Positions 41,260-51,694 of a stretch of 64,000 nt of DNA are shown one piece after another. The notes beneath the pieces are model-generated. The model searched no databases, was not told the DNA's origin, and saw only the letters and a program-made list of their open reading frames with translations. The number at the start of each line of letters is the position of its first letter. The stretch's first letter is position 1. The DNA is taken from positions 160,001 through 224,000 of the IMG/VR virus record IMGVR_UViG_3300021254_000021; one strand, written 5' to 3'. The DNA comes from a virus (lineage: Duplodnaviria > Caudoviricetes). The position numbers and the translations under genes were made by a program.

Positions 41260-44200
41260 GTGATGTCAGATTATTTAAAAGAGTGTGCGGACAAGGCGGT
41301 GATGGTATTCAAGGCAAACGGTATTAAATCAGAACATTACCCTTCTTTACTTGAATCCTTATTTAAGGATATGGAGCTTATTTATCATGGGATAAGTAAA
41401 GAGCAGGTAGATGAATTAAAGGGGTTTGGTTTTGACTTATATAAAATGAATATGGATGAGCGTAGAAGCATTCTTTTCCAGATGTCCCTTTGCAGGGTAC
41501 TTTGTCACCTGAATGAAAAGATAAAAGGTTAAAGTTTTGCTTAAATAAGGCTTACAGAGATTTGGGAATTATTCCTTTATCTCTTATTTAACAGACCAAC
41601 TTTAAAAAAGGAGAGAGCGATGAGTAAAACAAGACAGGCAGTAGTAATCCCCGTTTCATTAAAAGACAAACCTTATGTCACTACCATAAAGGATCATTAT
41701 ACAGCCTATTATCCGATTATTGGTTGTCGTTGTTTCGACATGGTAGAGTTGTGGGAGAAGGGTCATAAATCAGTGGATTGTTATGTGGATGATGAGGGTA
41801 TGATTAACGGTTCACCAGTCAATGAGTATTGGCTTAGGGCGTACCAATTGGGTATTGTAAACAATCCTTTGTTTGGTATCTGTGTCATTACCATGACGGA
41901 CACAAATACGGGAGATTCCACAGAGACGGATTTAAACCTTGTTAAAGAGGTGTTAAGAAGATACGGGTTTACCCGAGACGAACTTTCCTTTTAGAAGGAA
42001 TGTCACATTAAGTCCCAAAATGTCCACTCTGACAGAAAAGGGGATGAGGAAATTTTCCAAAGTCCCCTGAGAGCAACTTTACAAAAATATTTGGCCAATC
42101 TTTCTTTAAGGGAGACATATTATGGAAGGTATCACTGTTAATGGTAAAGAATACAGCTCTTATGAAGTGTCAACCATGTGGAAACTTACTCATTTAAGTG
42201 CGGAGCTTAGTGAGTTGGCGAAACATTCCAAGAATGAATCTGTTTTGAGACAGTGCGAAAAAGTACTTATGGAACTGAATCGTTTACACTTTTGTGACTT
42301 TGAAGAAGAATCAAAACCTGAGTATGAACCATTTAGAGCAGAATACCTTAAATGTTGTGAGGCAATAAATAGTTGGAAGTAGTAACCTTATTAGGGATAA
42401 GGAATAATTCCTTATCCCCCACACATCAATTTTACAAAAATATTTGACCAACTTTAAAGGAGACTGTGTTATGGCGAAAGACATCAATAATAAAGAAATC
42501 GTGTCTGGTTATGTTGTAGAGATTAAAGGTGCTTACAGCAAATTAGATAATGGTTTGTGGTATGTTGACCATTCTTCTGACAGAGGGGTCTGGTTACACA
42601 AGTTAAATAAGGATATGAGCAAGAGCAAAGGTAAAAATACCTGTACAGGTTGGCCCCTCCGTTCATACAGCAATAACCGTTACAAACGTTGTGAGATTAA
42701 CGAGTATAATGAGGCCAATGCCACAATAGAGATGCTTTGTCCTTATGTAGAACCTACTCCGAAACCAGTGAGCAATGAAATTAAGATTTTAAAGAAAGGG
42801 ATTCGGAAAGGTGATAAATACTATCCATGCTATTACTGGAAAAACAGTGATGGCACTGTGACTGTCTATGCAAAAGACTATGGCTATGACGGCCTTCCCA
42901 GTGGTTTGGGTAATGTCATCAATGAATCAAACGGACAAATCGACTACTTTGAGAAAAGCCACTGTTATTTAAAGGAAGGGGATAGATACTATAATGAAGT
43001 GATGGCTGTTGTTACCAAACACTCTTAAATAAGGCTAACATTAAATAAGGAACATTTTTTGTTCCTTATTTAATTCTTTCTTTTTCCTTTTATGTCCCTT
43101 ATTGACCGACTCTTAAATAAAGGAGACTGAATTATGTTGAGCAATCCCCATCAGGTAATGGAAAGACTGAATGCTTTAGCACCTAATATCGGCCTTAGTC
43201 ACTGTGACAAAAAGAGTATGATTGATCCAGAGCTGTTTATGATAGGAATGTTTGTTATAGACATAACAGCATTGGGTGAATGGATGGAAAAGAATTACCC
43301 CGAGTATCTGGAAAAATCATTGCACGATTTCCTTATGGATAAAGACCCAGATCATATAGAGGAATGGAAGGAGTTACTGGGTGTTATGTAACCAATAAGG
43401 GGATAGAAAAGTTAAGTTAAATCCCCACAGACCAACTTTATAAAAATCTTTAACCAATCTTTAAAGGAGAATGTTATGTCGTCATTTAATCGTACTTTAA
43501 TTATTGGCCGTGTAGACTGTAAACCCAAGTTAAAGAGAGATGGTAACATGGAGTATGCAGATTTTAACATCATAACCACTGTAACTTCAGGTGATAAAAC
43601 GGAAAGCATGGCACATCCAGTTCGTTGTTATAGCAGACAAGCTGTTTTGTGTAATGAGAATTTGGATAAAGGTGACTTATGCTGTGTTGAGGGTAGGCTG
43701 ACTGATGAAAACTATGAGGACAAACTAAAACAGGTTATTGCTGAGAAAGTTGTATTCATAAGGAAGAAATAGAGTCTTAAAGGGGATGGAGTTAATCACT
43801 TAAATCCCCTAACGCCAATTTTACAAAAATATCTAACCAATCTTTAAAGGAGACAGCTATGAACGACAGCTTTGGTAATGAAATTCAGGTGGGTATGGTT
43901 GTTGAGATTTCTGATTCCTGCATTAAGGGAGATAATGGTCTTTGGGTAGTTACCAGTGTGTACACCAGTGAGGCATACTGCCATAAACTGAATAAGGATA
44001 TGCGTAAAGCTAAAGACGGCCCTCACACCACCGTCAGTTGGCCTCTGCATACTTATCTCAATGACCCATACAAAAGACATGAGGCTAACCGTTATAATGA
44101 AGAACATGCACGTATCCGTGTCCTATGCCCTTATGTTGAGCCTGCACCGAAACCTGTAAGTAATGATATTAAGATTCAGAAAAGAGGGATTAAGAAAGGC

Positions 44201-46095
44201 AACTCTTTCTGCTCCTGTTATTACTGGAAAGGCCGTGACGGTAGCATTTACATTTCAGCAAAACACTATAACGAACATATCCCTAGAGAACTTGGCAATG
44301 TCAAAAATGATTCCGATGCCATGACCGATTACTTTGAGACGGACAGCTTAGTCCTTACCACGGAAAGTCCATACTATCAGGCGGCATTAAGATGCTGTAA
44401 ATGAACAAAATTAAATTAGTCACTTCCCCTAAGACTGAGGGAAATTTAATTCATTGATTGCCCTAAGATACTGATTAATTAACCAGTATCTTAGCTTTTC
44501 TTTGAATATTCCTTATTTACTGTCTTTTAAATAAGGACATAAAAGTTTAGTATTACTAAAACTGAATTAAATTTTTCTTGATCTTAGGGCAATATGTTAA
44601 TTTGGTTTGGTCTAATATAAGATTGTGCTTAATTAAAGTCATCTATTTTGTCTAAAGGCTGTATTTAATTTAACTCATCTGAGTGTGTTACCTAAATGAA
44701 AAGATAGGGATTTAGAATTGGGTTAAGTGTGAGATGTAAAGGGGATGGAGATGGTTGTTTAAGTCCCCTCGAACCAACTTTACAAAAATCTTTGACAATT
44801 TTATAGGAGACTGAATATGAGTAAAGCACAGGATAAGGCCAAATCGTTCATTAAGAAATATTGTCGTGTTTATGGCAATGGTGTTTCCTTTAACAAAGAG
44901 GATGGTTGTTTCTGTAGTTGGTTGGAGATAGAGTCGAAACAGGATAATTATTCCAAGTTAGACTGGTGGGAGAGAAATGAATCTTTCTCTATTCGTCTGC
45001 ATGTGCAAGATGCTATCTTAGTTGTGGATGGTAAGATTGAGAATACATTGAATGCTGACTCTTTAAAAGACCTCATTATAGATGGGATAAAAGAGATGCG
45101 TGATACATTCTCTTTTAAGTCTGAGTGCTTCGACACTATGCTTTCCCATATAGGTATAACAGAGAATGAATGCGTATCTGTTATGGCAGAGTTATTCTTG
45201 GATAAATGTGTATCTGTGATGAACAAATCTTTTCCTGTTACCCAGAGGGCTTATGACAGATGGGTTGAGAAGGGATGTAAGCAGGAAGCTAAAAAAGAGC
45301 GTATAGCGTCCGTCTTTGGTAAAGATTTCGAGGAAGCTCTTACGAACGGCATTGCCTCTTTCCATGATGCCTATATAGAGAGTAAAATAAAGATGCTCTT
45401 TGCATTCTTTAAACAGCAGTATGGTGGGTTTACCCGATACACAGATGATGAGTTAAAAGAGAAGGCCAGTAGAGAGGCCGAGGAAACATGGGGGTTTTGG
45501 TTAAAGTTTGAGGTGATTGGGATTACTGACATCCTCTTACGGTATGATGTTGGTAAATGCACCCACTACGATTTACAGTTCGATAATACCTGTATGAAGG
45601 TGGAAGGTGACATCTTTGGTGATACAGGAAAACGTCTTCATTTCCACACCATATTTGCGGGCGGCTATAACATTCAGTGCTTGCACACTAGAACGATAGC
45701 TCACGTGTTCTAATCCGTATATTCCCCTACTTATGGGGAATATATTTTGACCAGCTTTTACAAAAGGAGACTGAACAATGTTCTGTATGGAAAATGCGAC
45801 TGAAGCAGAGTGCCAAGAGTTTATTAACTGGGTAAAAGAGAATTATGCTACGGATGATCCTGAGAAAAAAGAGGCTGTGGAGATTCTTAGCAGATACTAT
45901 GTTACAAGAGCTTTACCCTTATGCGGGATGAAGTCATGGTTTAAGAGGGATTATGCTAGATTCTGTAACGGCGATAAGTATGCAGTAGAGAGGCACAAAC
46001 GAAAGGAGTATGTCCCTGTTTACCATGATTCTACGAATGGTAAAATCAACGATCCTTCTTGGAGAGGCCCAAACGGTAATTGGTCTTTAGACTAA
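41260..46095 (+). other. cassette-like small genes: 41260, 41620 (DUF3846-like), 42122, 42471, 43134, 43476, 43859, 44817, 45778
   Basis: each has a strong AGGAGA-type SD; most are preceded by the 49-bp element; 41620 has YVDDEG...PVN; 42471 and 43859 are paralogues. Confidence 0.7.
43476..43772 (+). CDS. bacterial-type SSB-like OB-fold protein lacking the acidic tail
   Basis: FNRTLIIGRV...LDKGDLCCVEGRL...VIAEKV. Confidence 0.75.
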   Translation: MSSFNRTLIIGRVDCKPKLKRDGNMEYADFNIITTVTSGDKTESMAHPVRCYSRQAVLCNENLDKGDLCCVEGRLTDENYEDKLKQVIAEKVVFIRKK

Positions 46096-46143
46096 CTTAA
46101 AACCTACTCTAAAGAGTGGGTTGTTTTATATAAGGGGAAAGCA

Positions 46144-46677
46144 ATGAGTAAAGACACAGAGATATTAGGGTTCTGCCCAGGCTTTTGTTTTGGTACAATC
46201 TTAATGCGTAGTTCCCATGAGGGATTCTATTATAATTCTATTAAAGAGATTCTTAAAAAAAGAAGGTTTTATCTGGTTACTGTGGGGGATGAGGAAGATG
46301 AGGAAACATTCTTTATTAAAGGCAGGGAGTTATTTACCCTTTACTTTGTACCTCAAGGCTATCAGATACTTAGAGGATCTGATTTGGAGCGAGAGATACA
46401 GGAACAGATGAGCGAGGAGGATTCATCCAATTTTCATCACGTGTTTGGCTGTTCCAACTTCTACAGCACACACTTTCGGGATTTAACTATTGGTGTGCCC
46501 TACAGGTATATCAACGAGATACCCAATACATTTACGTCTTTGCAGGAATGTGTGGAATCTATCAAACCCCTAGGAAAAGAGATAAGGATTTATTGTTTAC
46601 ATACATCCAATAAGCCTTATAGCCTAGAGGAGATAATCCATTATGGTCACACTGCGACGAATAACAGAGAAGAATGA
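46144..46677 (+). CDS. hypothetical protein; paralogue of 59415
   Basis: shared FGTILMR, GDEEDEETFFIKGREL, HTSNKPYSLEE. Confidence 0.75.
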   Translation: MSKDTEILGFCPGFCFGTILMRSSHEGFYYNSIKEILKKRRFYLVTVGDEEDEETFFIKGRELFTLYFVPQGYQILRGSDLEREIQEQMSEEDSSNFHHVFGCSNFYSTHFRDLTIGVPYRYINEIPNTFTSLQECVESIKPLGKEIRIYCLHTSNKPYSLEEIIHYGHTATNNREE

Positions 46678-47491
46678 TTCTTTACTGACAATGCAATCAG
46701 CCGATCCTTATACCTTATGGCAACAGTCAAAGAATAAATTATCCCAGACCAAACTTATTCCTCTATCCTCTTTAGGGTTAAGGGATGTCCGAGTAAGAGA
46801 TCCACATTCTTTAGACACTCTTTATATAAATGAAGGGGATGCTACTAAGATAAAAGATACCATAGAGGAAGTGAGAGAGAAGCAGAATGATGCTTTAACT
46901 TTATTAACCATAGCTAGGGAGATAGATCATTCCATTGAAGAACCGAGTGCATATAAGGTGGATGCTTCTGGTCTTTTTACTAAGTCTCAAAATGATCTTA
47001 TGATCTTTATCCCTAGCTATATTGCACAAGGTCTAAAAGATTTAAAGAAGCAATTACAAGATAAAGGAATAAGATTAAACATAAATATTGTTTCCCATAA
47101 CAATCAGTCTTTAAATAAGCTCTATCATATAGAGGCTTCGACAAAGGTTTCCATTCTTAAACTATCCCTTAAGTATAATAAAAAGAATTATACCAATAAG
47201 GATGTCACCTCAATCCAAGACCTAAAGACTTTCTTAATAGATGCTGTATCGAACAATCCCGAGGCTGTACAGATCATTAAGAACTTTGACTTCACCAAAC
47301 CTATGCCAAAAGCACAACAGGCCAGAACGGTGGATGGTATTCTTTATTATTCCTTAGCGCCTATGGCTAACAGGGCTCATAAGATAGGACAGTTAGATTT
47401 CTCTTACTCTAATGGGAAGGTGAATATTGTACCAACTGCAACCGTCCAATACAGATACAGATTTAATGATGGAGAGCTGATAGAAGGATAA
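46643..47491 (+). CDS. hypothetical protein with basic-Glu leader
   Basis: MVTLRRITEK; GAGGAG SD. Confidence 0.7.
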   Translation: MVTLRRITEKNDSLLTMQSADPYTLWQQSKNKLSQTKLIPLSSLGLRDVRVRDPHSLDTLYINEGDATKIKDTIEEVREKQNDALTLLTIAREIDHSIEEPSAYKVDASGLFTKSQNDLMIFIPSYIAQGLKDLKKQLQDKGIRLNINIVSHNNQSLNKLYHIEASTKVSILKLSLKYNKKNYTNKDVTSIQDLKTFLIDAVSNNPEAVQIIKNFDFTKPMPKAQQARTVDGILYYSLAPMANRAHKIGQLDFSYSNGKVNIVPTATVQYRYRFNDGELIEG

Positions 47492-47585
47492 GCTATTCCC
47501 TTTAAACGAGGAATATTTCGGATACATAGTATTATGGGGTATGCTTAGATTAAGCATACCCCATTTGTTTTTACTGGGATTTAAC

Positions 47586-47634
47586 AGAGGCGAACGGTAA
47601 ATCCCACGAGGCTTTAGCCTCGTGAATAGTTCAC
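47586..47634 (+). mobile_element. single-hairpin IS605-end miniature element
   Basis: CACGAGGCTTTAGCCTCGTG-AATAGTTCAC, directly before the ligase SD. Confidence 0.6.
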
Positions 47635-47649
47635 AAAGGAGAATGAATA

Positions 47650-50028
47650 ATGGCATTAGAGACACAGCGTACTTTACCACAACTGAAAGCTGAATGTTTG
47701 CAGAAGGGAATAAATGTTGTTATAGAAGGGAAAAAGGAACATAAAGAGGATTATGTAAAAGCTCTTAGAAATTACTGGTTAAACAAGTATTATGACTCAC
47801 CAGAGAATGCACCTTGGGCACTTAAATTTATGCTGAATGAAATAGATTGTCCTATGCTCTGTAAGAGGTTTAAACAGTGCAAACCAGAGGTGCAGAAAAG
47901 AATGTTTGAATCGGATGAGTATATAGCTGAGGAGAAAATAGATGGTTGTTTCTCTTATAATACAGGAGTTCTTCTATCTGATGGTACTACAAGATCTATA
48001 GGAGAGATTGTAGAAAAGCGTTTACCTGTAGAGGTAATGTCTTTTGATGAAATAACTGGTAAACTTGTTCCTAGACAAGTAGTTAATTGGTTTAATCATG
48101 GTCAAAAAAAAGTATCTCAATGGGTGAAAATGAGTAGTACTGGAGGTAATTCCGTCCCTTTAAGGAATTTATCTCAACAAGAAAATTTTATTACAAAAAA
48201 CCATATTATTTATTCCGATGGTGCTTGGAAAAGTGTAATAGAATCTGACCATATAACTAGAGTTTTGCCTTCAATGAATCTTACTCAATTACAAGTTATG
48301 TATGGTTCCGTTCTAGGTGATGGAACATGTGCATTTTCTACTGATAAAGATGTTAATGCTTATTATGAGTTTTGTAATTCAGAGAAGCAAAAAGATTACT
48401 TTGATAAAAAAGTACAACTTTTTATAAAAATGCCGAATAAATTACAGACAAGGGTGAGTGGTTATGGTTCAACTATGTATTCTTGTCGTTTAAATGCTTG
48501 TAAAGAAGCCACGGAGCTTCATCATTTAGGTTATGTTAATAAAACTAGGAGAGTTACTAAAGAATACCTAGATAGAATGGATCTTTTAGGTCTTACTATA
48601 TGGTATTTGGATGATGGCTCTCGAAATAAAAGTAGGGATGAGCATACTTGTAAAATAACAAATAAATACTCAAGAGTTACTTTTTCAGCATACCGATATA
48701 ATGAAGATGATGTGAAAATAATTGTTTCATGGTTGAATGCTAGAAATTATGGTGCTTCTTTCCACATGACTACTAGGAAAGGAAATAAATTAGGATATAT
48801 TATTAACTTATCTTCTATGGGTAGTCAGAAGTTTTTTAAAGATATAGCTCAGTATGTACCAGAATCAATGGCTTATAAGATTCCACCAGAGTTACAGAAA
48901 GAGTGTGGGAAAGTGGAATGGTGGAGAGATTCTAAATTAGAATATATTTATGATTCTGTTCCTGTAAAATGGAAAAGTCATAAATCAGAGAATAGAATAT
49001 GTTCCTCTACGAATGCTTATGATATTGAAGTGGATGGAAACCATAGTTATGTTGCTAATGGTATTATTGTTCATAATTCTCGTAGTTTGATTATTTGGGA
49101 TGCTTCAACACAATCCTTCGACTTCTATTCCCGTAACAACTCTGTCAAAGACTTTTTACCTCAGTCATATAAAGATACTGTTTTAGTAACTTCTAAAGGT
49201 TTTACTTATCCAGAGAACTTTGTATTAGACTGCGAGGTTATTTCTACTAATCCAAACATCTCTACTGTAATGGGGAAAAGAGGGGTCGTATGTGCAACAC
49301 AGCTTCAAGCAACCACAGCTTTATTAGCCCTTAATCCAGAGGACTCCAAAGCATTGCAAAGAAAAGATCCATTAAAGTTTATTATCTTTGACTGTCTTTA
49401 TGATGGAGAATCTTTAATTAATAAACCTTGGAAAGAAAGACATCCTCATGCAGAAAAGTTAGCCTCTTTGCTTAAACAGTCTGGATTTACCTGTGATATA
49501 AACCCAGTAGTAAGAGAGAATAAATTAGAGTTTTATTCCGACTTAATTGAACAAGGAAAAGAAGGTTGTGTGTTTAAAAGAATTGATGCACCTTATCATG
49601 GATGTACAAGCAGGACGGATGATCAGGTTAAGTTAAAAAGAACGGTGGCAGAAGGGCTGAATAAAGACTTGGATGCTTGGGTTACAGGTTTTATTCCTTC
49701 TACACAGGATAAAGGATGGTCTAATTATATTGGAGCTTTAGTCTTTTCCTGTAAGGTGCAGATGAAGGATGGGACAATAAAGGATCATGTTATTGGTGTT
49801 TGCTCTGGTATTCCTTTTGAGTTAAGAAAGGCAGCAACCATTTATATTGATGATAAGCCCAGTCTAAACCCCGACTTCTTAGGAAGGGTTGCAACATTAA
49901 GTGGACAGAATATCAGTGCAAGAAAACTAGCTTTGACTCATGCTGTAATACAGTGTTGGCGTCCAGATAAAGATCCAGATGGATGTGAGATTTTAACAGA
50001 AGAAGAATTATTATCGTTGGTATTTTAA
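47650..50028 (+). CDS. ATP-dependent DNA ligase with intein (about 415 aa after splicing)
   Basis: motif I EEKIDG|SR, VLDCEV, FIIFD, EGCVFK, VKLK, WRPDK. Confidence 0.9.
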   Translation: MALETQRTLPQLKAECLQKGINVVIEGKKEHKEDYVKALRNYWLNKYYDSPENAPWALKFMLNEIDCPMLCKRFKQCKPEVQKRMFESDEYIAEEKIDGCFSYNTGVLLSDGTTRSIGEIVEKRLPVEVMSFDEITGKLVPRQVVNWFNHGQKKVSQWVKMSSTGGNSVPLRNLSQQENFITKNHIIYSDGAWKSVIESDHITRVLPSMNLTQLQVMYGSVLGDGTCAFSTDKDVNAYYEFCNSEKQKDYFDKKVQLFIKMPNKLQTRVSGYGSTMYSCRLNACKEATELHHLGYVNKTRRVTKEYLDRMDLLGLTIWYLDDGSRNKSRDEHTCKITNKYSRVTFSAYRYNEDDVKIIVSWLNARNYGASFHMTTRKGNKLGYIINLSSMGSQKFFKDIAQYVPESMAYKIPPELQKECGKVEWWRDSKLEYIYDSVPVKWKSHKSENRICSSTNAYDIEVDGNHSYVANGIIVHNSRSLIIWDASTQSFDFYSRNNSVKDFLPQSYKDTVLVTSKGFTYPENFVLDCEVISTNPNISTVMGKRGVVCATQLQATTALLALNPEDSKALQRKDPLKFIIFDCLYDGESLINKPWKERHPHAEKLASLLKQSGFTCDINPVVRENKLEFYSDLIEQGKEGCVFKRIDAPYHGCTSRTDDQVKLKRTVAEGLNKDLDAWVTGFIPSTQDKGWSNYIGALVFSCKVQMKDGTIKDHVIGVCSGIPFELRKAATIYIDDKPSLNPDFLGRVATLSGQNISARKLALTHAVIQCWRPDKDPDGCEILTEEELLSLVF
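47947..49077 (+). mobile_element. intein (377 aa) with LAGLIDADG endonuclease in ligase motif I
   Basis: KIDG|CFSYNT...GSVLGDG...WYLDDGS...IIVHN|S. Confidence 0.9.
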
Positions 50029-50133
50029 CATGATATGAACTAAGAAAAAGCCCTCTATAAAAGAGGGCTTTTTCTTTTCCCAAATCCCCCTCAGATCAAC
50101 TTTACAAAAATCTTTTACCAAGGAGACTGTCTT

Positions 50134-50631
50134 ATGTCCTATTACAACAGAGAATTAGATTGTGCTTTACGTCGTTACAAACAGAGCAAGGCAAATATTA
50201 AAGACCTTTATTATAGAGAGCTATTAACCTTTAAGAAGGATTACACCCAACAAAATAAAGTGGAGAGATGGGAAAGTCTGTATGATATAATTCTACTAAG
50301 CTATGAGGAAACAAGGAATAAGAAATCAGATGTTTTCTTATTCCTTGTCTCACGTTTTCCAGATGGTGCAGATGGTTATTCCTTTGTAATGACACACCAA
50401 GACCAGATTGTAGGTAGCCTGTCTTTATTTGGCATTAAAGATTTTCAGTTTGTCTATGCTGATTGTAGTTCCGTGTTTGCAGACTATGGAGTCAGCCTTT
50501 CTTTTCTGCATACAGAATTTGTATCTAATTATGGGGTGCTAGGTAAAGGAAAGGTAACTTTGGAAGATGGAGTGATACAGATTCATGGTGAAGTTAATAC
50601 GGAAAACATACTTGGAGGCCAAAAAGCCTGA
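50134..50631 (+). CDS. hypothetical protein
   Basis: preceded by 49-bp element and AGGAG. Confidence 0.7.
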   Translation: MSYYNRELDCALRRYKQSKANIKDLYYRELLTFKKDYTQQNKVERWESLYDIILLSYEETRNKKSDVFLFLVSRFPDGADGYSFVMTHQDQIVGSLSLFGIKDFQFVYADCSSVFADYGVSLSFLHTEFVSNYGVLGKGKVTLEDGVIQIHGEVNTENILGGQKA

Positions 50632-51601
50632 TAAACAGACAGCTCCAACTACTAAGCAGATAAAGAGTAAGATTCAGTCTATAATGGAGACAGAATGCGA
50701 CTCTTTATCTGATCTCTTAGAGGAAAAGATAAAGGATAAAATAACACTGTCCAGTGGTGTTAAGTTAGAAGACTTATATACCACAATGGATGATGCAGAT
50801 ACCTTAGAGACAATGATTAAGGGAGATAAGGAAAACTCGCCCATGAGTCCTGCATACACTATATCCCATCTGTCTGAATTAGAACCTGTGGATGATGGTA
50901 TATGTGTGAAGTATAAGGGGAGTGAAGTAATTAACCCGAGACTCTTTTATCTCTTAAATAAGCAATTCAATGCCATAAATAAAAAGAGTAAAGACTTCCA
51001 TGTTTCCTTATCTTTCAATAAGCCAACACATACACAGGCTTATTCTCTTTATTATGAATCAGCAGAATATCCTGCTATCCTTAAAGTAGAATATCCAAGT
51101 ATGAGTCCTAAAGAATTTATTATTAAAGATAGTTTTACAGATGTTATAGAAGAATTATCTGCACCTAGTCGAACAATAGAGAATATGAAAAAGAAGATTA
51201 AAGAGGTTGAATCTTTCTTGGATTTGTTTGGCAAAGAGAATACAGCCCTTGTAGATAAGAGAAAGGTGGAGTTAGATCAGTTAAAGAGAGAATTGACTAT
51301 AGTCGAGTATAACAATACTGTGGCTGAAACTATCACTAAAACCCTAAAGGTAATAAAACAATATCCCACATCCTCTACTGGTAAATTAAAGGATGGTATA
51401 GACTCTTACCGAAATGAGGAGACTGCCATACTTGCAATAAATAAAGATAACTTGCCACACAATGACAGCTTACAGGCACACATTATTGTTTCCCTTCATG
51501 TTCAGAGAAAAGGAAAAGGGTATGTTATAACGTGCTTCGGTAATCCTCTAGATACAGCCGCAAATATTCATATTGACAGTAAAGGGCATTTAGCTCTATA
51601 A
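50585..51601 (+). CDS. hypothetical protein with basic-Glu leader
   Basis: MVKLIRKTYLEAKK. Confidence 0.7.
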   Translation: MVKLIRKTYLEAKKPDKQTAPTTKQIKSKIQSIMETECDSLSDLLEEKIKDKITLSSGVKLEDLYTTMDDADTLETMIKGDKENSPMSPAYTISHLSELEPVDDGICVKYKGSEVINPRLFYLLNKQFNAINKKSKDFHVSLSFNKPTHTQAYSLYYESAEYPAILKVEYPSMSPKEFIIKDSFTDVIEELSAPSRTIENMKKKIKEVESFLDLFGKENTALVDKRKVELDQLKRELTIVEYNNTVAETITKTLKVIKQYPTSSTGKLKDGIDSYRNEETAILAINKDNLPHNDSLQAHIIVSLHVQRKGKGYVITCFGNPLDTAANIHIDSKGHLAL

Positions 51602-51694
51602 CGAATGAGCCATGACCAAGTATAAGGGGATAGAGATCCTTACTCAATCCCCCGCACACCAATTTTACAAAACTTTTTGGACCAAGGAGTAAAA

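Noticed and set aside
45720-45770. Fifteenth copy of the 49-bp element
   Set aside because: Has TTTTACAAAA, but the dyad is inverted (TTCCCC..GGGGAA) and the spacing does not fit
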